From a virus, in IMG/VR virus record IMGVR_UViG_3300035156_000041, positions 22,315-86,314 of that record: DNA of 64,000 bases. One strand, 5' to 3'. A program made the translations under genes and the position numbers. The notes under the pieces were generated by a model. It had not been told where the DNA came from and did not search any database. It saw nothing but the letters and a program-made list of their open reading frames with translations. This document shows, piece after piece, positions 46,250 through 56,389 of this stretch (position 1 is its first letter; each line of letters begins with the position of its first letter).

Positions 46250-47206
46250 TCAATATTCCCACTCACCAACAAGACTGTCTTTGCTGTATGCCGTAATCGT
46301 ACTCTCAAAGAAGTTGCCCAAGATACCATCCCCGGTAATTTCCTCGATAAACGGGAGAGGATTCTTCTCAATGCCGAACTGGGGTTTAAAGCCCATCTGC
46401 TGCATCCGGTAATCACAGATCAATCGCAAGTAGTCTTTCAAGTCTTGCTTATCTAGCAGCTTCGGTGTATGAATACTGTAGCACAAGTCAATGAAGTCTT
46501 CCTCAAGCGCGATAACCTTACGCCCTGTTTCGTAGATTACTTTCTTCAATTCCTCAGTGACGACTGAAGGATTCTCCTCTACGAAGATACGAAACAGTTC
46601 TGTCAAGCCTTCACAGTGATACGATTCTTCAATAATACTCCATTGATTCACACTTACCATGCCCGGCAGCTTGTTGCTACGGGAGTAGTCCAGCAGCATA
46701 GCAAATGGGCCAAACAGCCCAACACCTTCCATCAGAATTTGCTTTGCAAGATACTCAGCCTTACTCTTATTGGAGCGTAACTCCGTAGCCTCCACCATGA
46801 AATCATGTTTATCCTTCATGGCTTTATACTGCAAGAACTCCGACATAAATTCTTCACTGTCGTAGCCAAGCGTGTCATTCAGTCGCTTGTAGCCGAGCAT
46901 GTGCGTCGTTTCCCGGCAAGCAAAAGACAGCAGCATAATACGCGCATCTGCATTCTTGAAGATAGGTAGAAGCTTCTCTACATACCCTGCACAGACATTC
47001 GTGTCTGCTTGAGTGAACAGGCGCAAAATCATTTTGATATATGCTTTGTCACCTTCACTAATTGATCCATCCTTCCACTGCACCACGTCTTGAGACATAT
47101 CAGCCTCTTCAGGATACCAGTGTGCCCTCTCGTGCTTGGCATACACCTCCTGCAGCTTGTGATATCGTGGTACGAAGATTTCTGTAGCAGTCGTTACATT
47201 ACTCAT
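46250..47206 (-). CDS. nrdB: ribonucleotide reductase class Ia beta subunit
   Basis: W.PEE, FTQAD, ETTH..GY (radical Tyr), MEG and EESYH iron ligands. Confidence 0.95.
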   Translation of the reverse strand: MSNVTTATEIFVPRYHKLQEVYAKHERAHWYPEEADMSQDVVQWKDGSISEGDKAYIKMILRLFTQADTNVCAGYVEKLLPIFKNADARIMLLSFACRETTHMLGYKRLNDTLGYDSEEFMSEFLQYKAMKDKHDFMVEATELRSNKSKAEYLAKQILMEGVGLFGPFAMLLDYSRSNKLPGMVSVNQWSIIEESYHCEGLTELFRIFVEENPSVVTEELKKVIYETGRKVIALEEDFIDLCYSIHTPKLLDKQDLKDYLRLICDYRMQQMGFKPQFGIEKNPLPFIEEITGDGILGNFFESTITAYSKDSLVGEWEY

Positions 47207-47218
47207 TGTTTTCCTTTA

Positions 47219-49060
47219 TTATCCCGAGCAGGCAACACATTCTTCGCCAGCCCAATCAACTAGAGCTTTGCGCTCAATCACCTTGGCATTGTCTGCATCA
47301 CCCTCGCGCTCAGAACGATAGTAATACATCGTAGTGACGCTCTGGCTTTTCAAGAACTTCATATGCACAGAATTCACATACTTCCGGCTACTGCCAAACG
47401 GGAAGAACACGTTCAAGCTTTGACTTTGAAACCGAGGGCCAAGAATACTAGCACGAATATCCGCTTGTTCAATCACCCAATGCATATCCGTTTCCATAGC
47501 GATCTTGAACGTGTTCTTTTCATCTTCCGTCAAGAAATCCAGCTTACCAACACGCCCATTGTCATTTAGGATTGCGTTCCACACCTCTTCTGTGTCTTTG
47601 CCATACCCTTGCAGCACTTTCTGAAGGTGACGATTCTTAACTTTGAAATTACCTGCACGAGTACTCTTCAAGAACACATTACGGAAGTACGGCTCAATGC
47701 TAGGCGACGTGTCCAGCAAGTCTGCGCTGTTGGCGTTAGGGGCAATGGCAGTAGTCTTGCTATTACGCAACCCCGTCCCTTTCATATCCTCCGGCTCACC
47801 ACGCTCCACAGCCAGCTTACGACTTTCAGCTTCCGCACGTTTAGCAATCAAACCGTACACAATGGCTGTCTGCTGGATAGCACTGTTGAAGCCACCACTC
47901 TCGAACGCGATACCTTTACTCTGCAAGTATCCGTGCCAGCCTAGTGTACCAAGCCCAATTGCACGCTCACGCTCTGCACTATAACGTGCTTTGTGCAAAT
48001 CTGCCGGAGCATTGTCAATAAAGCTTTGCAACACGTTGTCAAGGAATCGTACCAAGTCCTCTACGATAGTTGTGTCTTTCCACTCTTCAAACTTCTCAAT
48101 GTTCAGGCTACTGAGGCAGCAAACGAAAGTGCGCTCACTGTCTGTAGGAAGAAGAATCTCACTACACAAATTACTACCTTTAATACTCAGTCCCAAATCT
48201 TTCTGAGTTTGTGGCATCAAGCGATTAGCTAAATCAATCTTCAGGAGGTAAGGCTCCCCAGTAAGGGCGCGCGTCTCAAGAATCTCTTCCCACACCTTAC
48301 GAGCTTTTAAAGTCTCTCGTACATCGCCACCGTGGGGGCATACCAAATCATACTCAGTGTCGTTAATCACAGCATCAATAAACTTGTCAGTCAAATTGAC
48401 AGCATTGTGAAACTGCTGCCGATTGTCACTACGTCGCTTACTGTCTCCACCCGGCTTACGGAAACGAATGTGCTCAATGATGTCAGGGTGGTCAACACGT
48501 TGGTAAGCTGCGATTGCTCCCTTACGAGTCTTGCCTTGACGGAAATAACCAATAGCACTGTCCATCACCTTCATGTAGGGGATTGGCCCTGGAGCTTTCC
48601 CACCAATTGCACGAATACTCATGTGAGCACCAGTGCCACCGCCTGACAAGGACAGGTTAGCAAGCTCCGCTGTCACTGCTACTTGATCCTTTGTTGTGTC
48701 GCCTACGTCAAATGCAAAGCAGCTAATAGGCTGTCCTTGTGGCTTCTCTTTAGGGTAGAACAAGCTGTCCATCCAAGGCTCTACAAAGTCTAGTTCAGGG
48801 TGCTTCACCCACTCACCACGAGTTGCATTTGACAGCACAGGGCTAGCATACATAAACCAACCGTTATTTACATAGTCATATACACGCTGAGCAAGCTCAT
48901 AGTCACCGTAGCAATAAGCAACAGCAGGACGTGAGAGTGCTTGCGAAATTGACTCATCACTGCGCTTGTAAAAGTCTCCCAACAAGGTTTTAGAGAACTC
49001 TGTGATGTACTTTGGGTCTTCCTCATCGATTAGGATTCCTTGATATTTTACTTTACTCAT
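47219..49060 (-). CDS. nrdA: ribonucleotide reductase class I alpha subunit (no ATP cone)
   Basis: ASPVLSN, PISCF, SNLCSEI, VCCLSSLN, IAPNA, YYYR, C-terminal CVACSG. Confidence 0.95.
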   Translation of the reverse strand: MSKVKYQGILIDEEDPKYITEFSKTLLGDFYKRSDESISQALSRPAVAYCYGDYELAQRVYDYVNNGWFMYASPVLSNATRGEWVKHPELDFVEPWMDSLFYPKEKPQGQPISCFAFDVGDTTKDQVAVTAELANLSLSGGGTGAHMSIRAIGGKAPGPIPYMKVMDSAIGYFRQGKTRKGAIAAYQRVDHPDIIEHIRFRKPGGDSKRRSDNRQQFHNAVNLTDKFIDAVINDTEYDLVCPHGGDVRETLKARKVWEEILETRALTGEPYLLKIDLANRLMPQTQKDLGLSIKGSNLCSEILLPTDSERTFVCCLSSLNIEKFEEWKDTTIVEDLVRFLDNVLQSFIDNAPADLHKARYSAERERAIGLGTLGWHGYLQSKGIAFESGGFNSAIQQTAIVYGLIAKRAEAESRKLAVERGEPEDMKGTGLRNSKTTAIAPNANSADLLDTSPSIEPYFRNVFLKSTRAGNFKVKNRHLQKVLQGYGKDTEEVWNAILNDNGRVGKLDFLTEDEKNTFKIAMETDMHWVIEQADIRASILGPRFQSQSLNVFFPFGSSRKYVNSVHMKFLKSQSVTTMYYYRSEREGDADNAKVIERKALVDWAGEECVACSG

Positions 49061-49608
49061 TTGACTCCTCGAAGATCATCACGCACAGATTCTAATTGTT
49101 TAATAGCTCGCAGAGTTTCTTCCCAATCTCGTTCGATGTACTCCCCTGCAAATTCATCTTCCTCATCCTCTGGCTCGCTGTAGCCTAGTGCAAGCAACTC
49201 TTCGTCGGAGAAAAAACGAGGGTCATTGGGCTTAGCTCGGCTCCCGTCATTCCAGTTATCTTCAGCAGAGCGATACGTAGCTTTCTTTCCCAATAAGTTC
49301 GACATTTCCCGACCAAGGCTTACATCAACCATTGATGCTACTACTATGCGCTCTGTCACATCCAAGAACTGCTTGTAGCGAACATCGGTAGAGTACTCCC
49401 CGCATGCGATAACACCTACTGCAATGTTACCCTGCAAGTCACGGTGTTTCGCCACTTCATATAGGATGTCTTTTTTAACATCAAAGCCGATTTGTACCAG
49501 CAGGCTCTTTACTAGGTCGTCATTCGACGGATGCATAAGAATTACTTCGTTAGGGATGTGAGAGAGTTCTTCACAAATTAGTAGGTCACGGAAGCTGATG
49601 CTTTTCAT
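49057..49608 (-). CDS. hypothetical protein
   Basis: Coupled ORF in operon. Confidence 0.7.
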   Translation of the reverse strand: MKSISFRDLLICEELSHIPNEVILMHPSNDDLVKSLLVQIGFDVKKDILYEVAKHRDLQGNIAVGVIACGEYSTDVRYKQFLDVTERIVVASMVDVSLGREMSNLLGKKATYRSAEDNWNDGSRAKPNDPRFFSDEELLALGYSEPEDEEDEFAGEYIERDWEETLRAIKQLESVRDDLRGVK

Positions 49609-49982
49609 TAATATTTCTTTCCGCCTTCGGCACGACGATTAACTAGCTGGTGATCTGGACGTGTTACGTTGAAACTCATTTTTTCTTCGATAGCTCCACC
49701 AACATCTAAATCGTAGGCTGCTGCCAAGTCACCAGCGCGGATAATCAAGTCGGCAAGCTCGACTTCGAGCATACTGCGATGTGGCAGCTTGTCGTCCATT
49801 AAACCTTTACGGTCGCCTTCCATAGCTTCGATGGCTTCGGAGATACAAAGGATAAGCTTAACCGCAACAGCGTATTTGTTATCTTTGATAGGAGAGCCAT
49901 CCGGCTCGTGCCACCAACCAGCTTGGTATGAAGCTGCATGGCAACGTTCAGCGAAGTTGTTAAATTCTTGTTTAAAGCTCAT
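49608..49982 (-). CDS. MazG-like nucleotide pyrophosphohydrolase
   Basis: SEAIEAMEG.RK, EVELADLIIR..D, EEKM.FN..R.DH. Confidence 0.85.
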   Translation of the reverse strand: MSFKQEFNNFAERCHAASYQAGWWHEPDGSPIKDNKYAVAVKLILCISEAIEAMEGDRKGLMDDKLPHRSMLEVELADLIIRAGDLAAAYDLDVGGAIEEKMSFNVTRPDHQLVNRRAEGGKKY

Positions 49983-49992
49983 AGTGTGTTCC

Positions 49993-50265
49993 TTAAATTG
50001 GACTTGTAAGATTCATATTAATTAGCCAGTCCTTTAAAACTGGATTGTCCTTATAGCTAATCATGCTATTATACTTCAAACATAACGGGCTGTCAAGCTT
50101 ATCTCCAGTAAACTCTATACCTTCCTCATCAATGCAGACGTTGTAGCCATCGCAGGATTCGTAGATTGTCTCAAAGTGCGAGGATCTTACGAACGCTATG
50201 AGGCCATTCTGTAGGCAGACAAGGTTGACTGGCAGATGGGCTAGCTGCACTGCAACCTGCATCAT
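49993..50265 (-). CDS. hypothetical protein
   Basis: ORF filling the operon gap. Confidence 0.5.
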   Translation of the reverse strand: MMQVAVQLAHLPVNLVCLQNGLIAFVRSSHFETIYESCDGYNVCIDEEGIEFTGDKLDSPLCLKYNSMISYKDNPVLKDWLINMNLTSPI

Positions 50266-50267
50266 AA

Positions 50268-51200
50268 TTATCGACCTACGTTAGTCAGCACATGCTTGTT
50301 ACCATTGCTCTTACGTTTCCTATTAGGCTTACCGCAAGAGTTACAAACAAGCATGTCAAACTCCGAAGTCCCCGTATAAAACTTCTTGCTAACAGGTTTC
50401 AAGTCTTTGCTACCGCAGCATACACAAGATGGATCAGTGCTAGCTTGATGCAATGCCACGTTAGGGTGCGTTTTGCTCCAATGACGGATACGGAGGTACA
50501 ATTCCTCCAGCACTACAACGTCCTGCACGTTATACTCCAGCATCTCTGCGAAGGCTTCATCTTCCATAGCCATACAGCGAGTCCACAGTTCAAAGCCGCT
50601 ATGGCTAATCTTACGCGGCAAGTTAAGGTAGGCTGCAATGTTGTCCAAACTATTGCTAGGGAAACGGAACTCAGCCTTAGCGATTCGCAGAGTATCTACA
50701 ATCTTACTAGGCAATGGAGGGGTCAACCCTAGTGCCAGCATACGAGTCTTGATAAGAGGAACATCGAACTTGAGGGCGTTGTGAGCTACGATTACATCAG
50801 CTTTGCTCATCAGGTCTGCAAGCTCGATAACAATATTGTCGTCGTTACCAGCTTCTGTGATACGATTGGAGATGATGGTGTCTTCACCAAGCCACTTAGC
50901 AGAGTAGGTCAGCAAGTAGCCTTCCTTTACAACCTGTTTCTGGTTCACAGTTTGATCCCACCGGCCCCAGACGTAGGCTGTAGTAGGCGCGCTCTCAATG
51001 TCAATCAGGAGGATACGGATGCCCTCTGGTATAGGCTGCTCGGTTTTATCCGTAACAGCATACATAGCCTTGTAGTAGCTTCGCAAGTAATCACTCACAG
51101 TTGACTTGCTAATACCTACAAGCTCTGCGATTCTTCTCCAAGACATGTCCGTTTTGCTCAAAGCCAAACTCTGTTCCTGCCACGTTTTGTTAGTAGTCAT
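50268..51200 (-). CDS. DnaQ/RNase H-like 3'-5' exonuclease with N-terminal HTH and C-terminal Zn ribbon
   Basis: DIES, HN..KFD, DTL, YNVQDV; HTH WRRIAELVGISKSTVSD; two CxxC. Confidence 0.85.
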   Translation of the reverse strand: MTTNKTWQEQSLALSKTDMSWRRIAELVGISKSTVSDYLRSYYKAMYAVTDKTEQPIPEGIRILLIDIESAPTTAYVWGRWDQTVNQKQVVKEGYLLTYSAKWLGEDTIISNRITEAGNDDNIVIELADLMSKADVIVAHNALKFDVPLIKTRMLALGLTPPLPSKIVDTLRIAKAEFRFPSNSLDNIAAYLNLPRKISHSGFELWTRCMAMEDEAFAEMLEYNVQDVVVLEELYLRIRHWSKTHPNVALHQASTDPSCVCCGSKDLKPVSKKFYTGTSEFDMLVCNSCGKPNRKRKSNGNKHVLTNVGR

Positions 51201-51212
51201 TCGATTCCTTAA

Positions 51213-51908
51213 TTAAATTTCAGAGCAGCAAAAAGTCTGCACATTAACATCACCACCAAAGCTCATACCCATCTCCTCCATAATACTCTGCAAGCTCTCA
51301 AACGCCATCGTAACATTCTCAGTAGCCTGTGCCAGTCGCTCCATCTTGGCAGTTGTTTCGTCAATGCCTTCGGAGCCGATTTTGATAGTGAGGCTACTAA
51401 CATTCCCAACAGTGTGCTTTTCCATTGCCATGCCATGTCCTGCTACGTTGCCTTTGTCATCAATGTCTACAGAGTAGTTGGCAGGCTCCTCTTTAGCTCC
51501 CTGTTCGCCTACGCTTTGGACGAGACAGTGGCCCATTTTGATAGCCTTTTTAAGCATATCTTCAGGGTAATCTATACTGTTGTTTGACCATGAGCAGGAT
51601 ACTTTTCCAGTGGAGACATCCTTGGTGAATACGTAGACATTAGAATCTTTGTAGATGCTTGTCGGAACAGACCACTTAGCAGTGATCGGAAACTTCATCT
51701 CAGGCTCCTTGTTCTCTGTAGTAAGGTCAGCTACGATTTTCCACTTCCCCGTGTGCAGCTTATGCTCAACGTTGAGCCTGTCATACACAGCGCTGCTAAT
51801 CGTGTCTGCTTCGACGTGTGGCAAGGTGCAGTAGTAGGTTCCTTGGATGTTGGTAAGCTTTAGGAGGCTATTACCGTTGTGGAAGGTGAATTTATGGGGG
51901 ATTTTCAT
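51213..51908 (-). CDS. hypothetical protein
   Basis: Coupled ORF. Confidence 0.65.
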   Translation of the reverse strand: MKIPHKFTFHNGNSLLKLTNIQGTYYCTLPHVEADTISSAVYDRLNVEHKLHTGKWKIVADLTTENKEPEMKFPITAKWSVPTSIYKDSNVYVFTKDVSTGKVSCSWSNNSIDYPEDMLKKAIKMGHCLVQSVGEQGAKEEPANYSVDIDDKGNVAGHGMAMEKHTVGNVSSLTIKIGSEGIDETTAKMERLAQATENVTMAFESLQSIMEEMGMSFGGDVNVQTFCCSEI

Positions 51909-52444
51909 TGCTGTCCTTTGTTAAAGTGGTCTGTGAAGGCTGCTTTTCGCTTCTCTGCGTTGCTTATGCTATTATATCCCAACTGAGCAAGTTTAGCAAG
52001 CTGAATCACCACCTTATCTTTCATAGCTTCGATAACAAGCTTGGCTGTACGAGCTTGCTCAAACGTCATACCTTCATGAGATTCTTGGTAACTCTTAATA
52101 CGGTGGCACGGCTTGCAGGCCAGCACCCAATTGTCATTACAGTCAAGCAGGTTCCGAAGAAATTGCTGAGCCGTTTCCCAAGAGTTACATTGTCCAGCTT
52201 GTTGCACATGATCGACTTCCAAGTGAGAGGCGGCAAAGTCACAGCCACAGTAATGGCATGTGCCAAGCTTCTTAGCACGCCCTGTGTAGCCCTTTGGAGG
52301 CTTCCTAAGCTGCGCATTCTTCCACGCTATCTTGGCGGGATAGCGGCTCCATAGGAGCCGTAGGTGGCCTCGCAGGTATGTGAAGAACGCTGTCTTGTTG
52401 CGCCAGATAGTTGTATGGATTTCCCAAGGTTCTTGCGGAGTCAA
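51905..52444 (-). CDS. HNH endonuclease (replication-module type)
   Basis: CHYC, EVDH, CKPCH..KS; FF.YLRG.LR..WSRYP N-terminus. Confidence 0.8.
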   Translation of the reverse strand: MTPQEPWEIHTTIWRNKTAFFTYLRGHLRLLWSRYPAKIAWKNAQLRKPPKGYTGRAKKLGTCHYCGCDFAASHLEVDHVQQAGQCNSWETAQQFLRNLLDCNDNWVLACKPCHRIKSYQESHEGMTFEQARTAKLVIEAMKDKVVIQLAKLAQLGYNSISNAEKRKAAFTDHFNKGQQ

Positions 52445-52632
52445 TTAAAATTCCCCACAGTCAGCCGCAGAGCCTGCAACTCCGTGAATCCCTCTTTCAC
52501 GTAAGCGTCGAAGTAAATCTTGTAGACGCCTGCTAAATGCTTCGCAGCTTCCTTTGTGGCAATTGGGCTGTAATCCTCTTGAGCCTTTTTAATCAGTTTA
52601 GCAAAGACAGCTTGGTTGGATTCGTTACTCAT
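52441..52632 (-). CDS. hypothetical protein
   Basis: AYVKEGFTE.QAL.L motif; coupled. Confidence 0.65.
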   Translation of the reverse strand: MSNESNQAVFAKLIKKAQEDYSPIATKEAAKHLAGVYKIYFDAYVKEGFTELQALRLTVGNFN

Positions 52633-53623
52633 GTGGGACTCCTAGTTTATTTAGCAAATCTTTTACAACCAGACGGTCATTTTCCCAGCGTTGCATGAAT
52701 GCGCAATCGGCATACATCTGCATAATTTCAAGCCAATCCTTCGTATGCAAAGTGTCATCCCACGCCTTGTACGTGATTGGTTTTGGATACCAAATCTTGT
52801 ACTGAGCTACAATAGCCTCAAGAGCCTCCTTATCATTCTTTGCGTCCTTCAACAGTTCGTAAGCCCCGACTTCTCCAAACTTTACTTTGGCAAGCTCACA
52901 CGGTTTGTACGAATCGACAGCATCTCCAAAAATTATTTGGAACCAGAGGAAGGCTCTACCCTTACCTTTGATAATCTTCTCTGTGATAAGGTCACCGTTA
53001 GCTTTCTTACGTGCTGTCTCGCGGACAGTGCAGGTAAGCTCTCCGTAGCCTTCGATAAGTTCAGGTTCGTCCATTGTTGACCAATCGAATAACCATCCGG
53101 GGCCATGCTTGGCGTCTTTGTCCAAACTGGCTTGTACTACATACTCCTTGTTCTTGTAACCTTGTACAGCGTAGCCCACAAGAATGTCGTCAGCCTCGAC
53201 CCCCACACTGACCTCTGCATTGTGCTGGGCGATAAGATACTCTTTACAAGCCTTAAGATGGATTGGTTTTTGTGTTTCCTTACGCCCGTCTTTATAGCGC
53301 GTAGGTAACGGCAAGTCTAGGCGGAAGTTAGTTGGCCCACTAACTACGATATGATAGCTGTCACACTTTGCATTTTCAACAATACGAGCAATGGTTTGCT
53401 TCATTGCGTGCAAGGCGTGCTCGACAGGCTCTGCTTCTTGTTTAGGCACAAGTGTGTAGTTCTCCTTATCATCACCGGCCCATTCTTTGAAAGCTGTTGC
53501 TGTGTCGAATGTAACTACTTCAAGAGTTTCGTTGTGTGTAGCCTCCACAGTGCGCTTCTCAATAGCAGCGGAACAGCGGTAGCTGAGGATGTCACCGTCG
53601 ATACAAACTAATCCTGTATTCAT
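52625..53623 (-). CDS. 5'-3' exonuclease (T7 gp6 / PolA N-terminal family)
   Basis: IDGD, NFR..YK.GR..KP, EADD, DKD, GD.VD; GGAGG RBS before ATG 53623. Confidence 0.9.
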   Translation of the reverse strand: MNTGLVCIDGDILSYRCSAAIEKRTVEATHNETLEVVTFDTATAFKEWAGDDKENYTLVPKQEAEPVEHALHAMKQTIARIVENAKCDSYHIVVSGPTNFRLDLPLPTRYKDGRKETQKPIHLKACKEYLIAQHNAEVSVGVEADDILVGYAVQGYKNKEYVVQASLDKDAKHGPGWLFDWSTMDEPELIEGYGELTCTVRETARKKANGDLITEKIIKGKGRAFLWFQIIFGDAVDSYKPCELAKVKFGEVGAYELLKDAKNDKEALEAIVAQYKIWYPKPITYKAWDDTLHTKDWLEIMQMYADCAFMQRWENDRLVVKDLLNKLGVPHE

Positions 53624-53683
53624 AAACCTCCAAAGTAAAAGCCCCACTCCCATCAGGAAGCAGGGCAAATGTTGTCAAATAGA

Positions 53684-54736
53684 TCAGAACGGCGCGTCGT
53701 CGTCCCCAAGGTCAATTACCGGAGCTTTCGGTTTCACCGGAGCCTTTGGCTTAGCGACTTCAGGCTTATCAGCCGCAGCCACTTCACCACCTTCAGGACC
53801 ATTAGGGAACTTCTCTTTAATCTCATTCAGGTCTTTGTCGCCTTGAATAATCTTCTCGGCAATTTCCTTAGCCTTGCTAATTACGTCATCCTCATCGAAA
53901 CGCTCTTTGACAGCCTCTTGCATCTTTGAGCCAGCGTAATCCGAAGCAAGAACAATCTTACGAACGTCAGCAAGACGAAGTAGGTCAAACTTAGCAACAC
54001 CACCAAGCTCATCTTTGACTTCCAACAGGTCATCATCATCAAAGCCAACACTGACAGCAGGAATCAGAGCAGCCTCTACAGCCATACCTTTCATCAGTGG
54101 CACAGGGCTTTTCAGCTTAGTGTTGACGTAGTTATTACCATCTTTCTCAGTCTGCTTGACTTCAACGTTGAACATAAAGGGCTTACCAAGCAGCAAGTCG
54201 ATATTGTTGTGGTTAGGGTTCTTGTAGTCAGCCTTAAGCATGACATCCGAAACTTTCGTCTTGTCATCAATCTTCGTGACAGCAGCAATCTTGCACCACT
54301 GCGAAGCTGGAGCAACAGTCCACGGCTTACCTTTGATGTAGTTACCATCAGGGTCACGAGGTGCCACGGTAGTGAAGTTCAAGCCTTCGCTCATGCCGCG
54401 GCTAACAGGATGCAGCGGCAGACGAATATTCTTCACACCAATATCACCTTCGTAGTCGTGAGTCTGTGACAGCAAGTCCACGTACACACCAACTCGTTGC
54501 TCAAGGTCTTTGCCCTCTTTAGGCCAGATAATCTTGTCCTTTCCGTCCTCGTCTTGCTCACGCTTGCCAGCGTTGTCTTTGGCAAACTTAGGCAGCTTTT
54601 TGTGCTGACCCAGATTGACGATGAGGCCCACTTGGACAGCTTGTAAGCCGTCTTCTGGTACAATGGCTACGAAAGGCTTACGGTCTGCGTTGTCGGAATT
54701 CTCTGCTTGTTTATTGCTAACTGGTTTAAATGCCAT
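53684..54736 (-). CDS. putative ssDNA-binding protein
   Basis: Acidic tail DLGDDDAPF resembling SSB DDDIPF; LLGKP..F.V motif; located in the replication module. Confidence 0.6.
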   Translation of the reverse strand: MAFKPVSNKQAENSDNADRKPFVAIVPEDGLQAVQVGLIVNLGQHKKLPKFAKDNAGKREQDEDGKDKIIWPKEGKDLEQRVGVYVDLLSQTHDYEGDIGVKNIRLPLHPVSRGMSEGLNFTTVAPRDPDGNYIKGKPWTVAPASQWCKIAAVTKIDDKTKVSDVMLKADYKNPNHNNIDLLLGKPFMFNVEVKQTEKDGNNYVNTKLKSPVPLMKGMAVEAALIPAVSVGFDDDDLLEVKDELGGVAKFDLLRLADVRKIVLASDYAGSKMQEAVKERFDEDDVISKAKEIAEKIIQGDKDLNEIKEKFPNGPEGGEVAAADKPEVAKPKAPVKPKAPVIDLGDDDAPF

Positions 54737-54799
54737 TTGGTTTTCCTAATTTAAATCTGTGAGGCCCACAGAGGCTTTTATTGCAAGTGCTGCAATTCT

Positions 54800-55000
54800 T
54801 TACTTCTTCAGTACATAAACAGTATTAAGCGTTTGAAACTCTCCACTCCCCTCGTCATACTCCAGCACCTGCGAAGTGCTCACCCAAGGTGCCCTATTCA
54901 GCTCCTCTCTAGGGTGATCGTAAGTTTTCACACTGGCACGCTCTCCGACGATGATGGGGATAGTCGTAGGCGTATATTGCACAATAGGCTTGTCAGCCAT
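54800..55000 (-). CDS. hypothetical protein
   Basis: AGGAG RBS; DHP..V.TS.V..F.T.NTVY motif. Confidence 0.7.
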   Translation of the reverse strand: MADKPIVQYTPTTIPIIVGERASVKTYDHPREELNRAPWVSTSQVLEYDEGSGEFQTLNTVYVLKK

Positions 55001-55109
55001 GTAATCTCCTATTTAACGTAATTGTAATTACTGCCCGGTGCTAGTGGGAAGGTTTCTGCCAGCCATGCTTGGAACATTTGGCAGTAGATTTGTAGGGTTG
55101 TGAGGAGGG

Positions 55110-55292
55110 TCATGCTTCTTCATCCACTTTGAAAATCTTGTAAGCAATATATGGATAAGCAGCAGTCATCTCACGCTTAGTCTTTTTAGCCAACTCCTTG
55201 TCATCCGTCCAGTGCTCATCACAATCACCATACGCAAGGTAAGTTAGTTTTGGCACATCTTCATCAATGTGAACAACACAGTATCTCTTCAT
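55110..55292 (-). CDS. hypothetical protein
   Basis: AGGAG RBS; promoter upstream. Confidence 0.6.
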   Translation of the reverse strand: MKRYCVVHIDEDVPKLTYLAYGDCDEHWTDDKELAKKTKREMTAAYPYIAYKIFKVDEEA

Positions 55293-55318
55293 AGCCTTCT
55301 CCTAAATTTGATGTGACC

Positions 55319-55347
55319 ATTTTACAGCATAACCTACTCACTGTCAA
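55319..55347 (-). promoter_or_regulatory. sigma70-like promoter
   Basis: TTGACA-17bp-TAAAAT. Confidence 0.7.
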
Positions 55348-55768
55348 GCTTATCTTCGCTATGTTGCACAATATCCACGTCAATGCCTTTCAAGAGCCTG
55401 TCAAGCTTTAGTTCGAGCTTGCAGAGTCTCATCATTATTGGCAGGCGTTGCTCAAAGAGCTTGGCAGCATCGTAGTCAATGTAACCCTTGCTGCGAAAAT
55501 AGCTGAGCAAGCCTACTACAGAGTGCTTCACAACAACTCCCGCAGCCTCCCTTGACAACACCATGCCCGTAGGAAAGTCTTCTGGCAAGTCAACCTGTGT
55601 AGTACCCGGCTTGTAAGACCACATAATATTCACAGTGATGATCTTGTCGCCAGTAGGCGTTCCACTCGTTTGGGGAGGGGAGGTGAGAATCTTTGTGCGG
55701 CATAGCTCGATGAGTGAAGCGAACTTTCTGCGAAGCTTGATGGGTGGCTTAGTTGTCTTGCGAGGCAT
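55334..55768 (-). CDS. hypothetical protein
   Basis: ORF in operon. Confidence 0.65.
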   Translation of the reverse strand: MPRKTTKPPIKLRRKFASLIELCRTKILTSPPQTSGTPTGDKIITVNIMWSYKPGTTQVDLPEDFPTGMVLSREAAGVVVKHSVVGLLSYFRSKGYIDYDAAKLFEQRLPIMMRLCKLELKLDRLLKGIDVDIVQHSEDKLDSE

Positions 55769-55895
55769 CTTCAGACTCTTCTAAGAGCAATGACAACTCA
55801 AAATAAGCATGATGGTACTCCAGCAAGCTAACCTCACCAGCCTCGTACTTGCTTAGCAGTTCATTGGCAAAATAGTGAAAGTCCTTGTCAGTCAT
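55749..55895 (-). CDS. 48-aa acidic protein (not in ORF track)
   Basis: GGAG RBS, ATGA overlap, MTDKDFHYFANELL... Confidence 0.5.
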   Translation of the reverse strand: MTDKDFHYFANELLSKYEAGEVSLLEYHHAYFELSLLLEESEDASQDN

Positions 55896-56095
55896 TGTGG
55901 CTCGCTCCAAAACTTACAGCAAACAGGACAGTCAAACTCATACCAATAACTGTCATCATCTTTGCACCAGTTTCCAGTATCTCCTTTGGCAACCTTAGCA
56001 GCGCCTTCGTGAGTACATACGTCTTGGATGTCCTTGAGCTTCTGTTTCCACTTAAGGATTTTACGGTGACACTTGTTGACTTCTTCGTTAATCAT
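55892..56095 (-). CDS. small Zn-binding protein
   Basis: CTH..GNW...D.YW..F.CPVC. Confidence 0.7.
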   Translation of the reverse strand: MINEEVNKCHRKILKWKQKLKDIQDVCTHEGAAKVAKGDTGNWCKDDDSYWYEFDCPVCCKFWSEPQ

Positions 56096-56304
56096 AGCAG
56101 CACAGCCTTCAGAGTATATCCCATATCTTCTGCTTCGTCAGGATAGCTTGTGAAGTCGTCCCACAGACAATAGGGCAGGCTTTCTGCATAAATCTCGCTA
56201 GGACTGTTAGACTTCTCAGGACTCTGCCCGTGGTCGCATTGGCTGTACACTTCTAGGTTGCCGTCGAATTTCTTTAGCGCTGCGATCAACTCTTTAACTT
56301 TCAT
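56092..56304 (-). CDS. hypothetical protein
   Basis: MKVKELIAALKKFD N-terminus; AAGGAG RBS. Confidence 0.7.
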   Translation of the reverse strand: MKVKELIAALKKFDGNLEVYSQCDHGQSPEKSNSPSEIYAESLPYCLWDDFTSYPDEAEDMGYTLKAVLL

Positions 56305-56389
56305 TGTAAATCTCCTTGTAAAAAACACTTTGCAGGTATTTCGTAGAATTGGCCATTGAGCCAAACGCCGTCGTTGCTGTAGTCCCAGT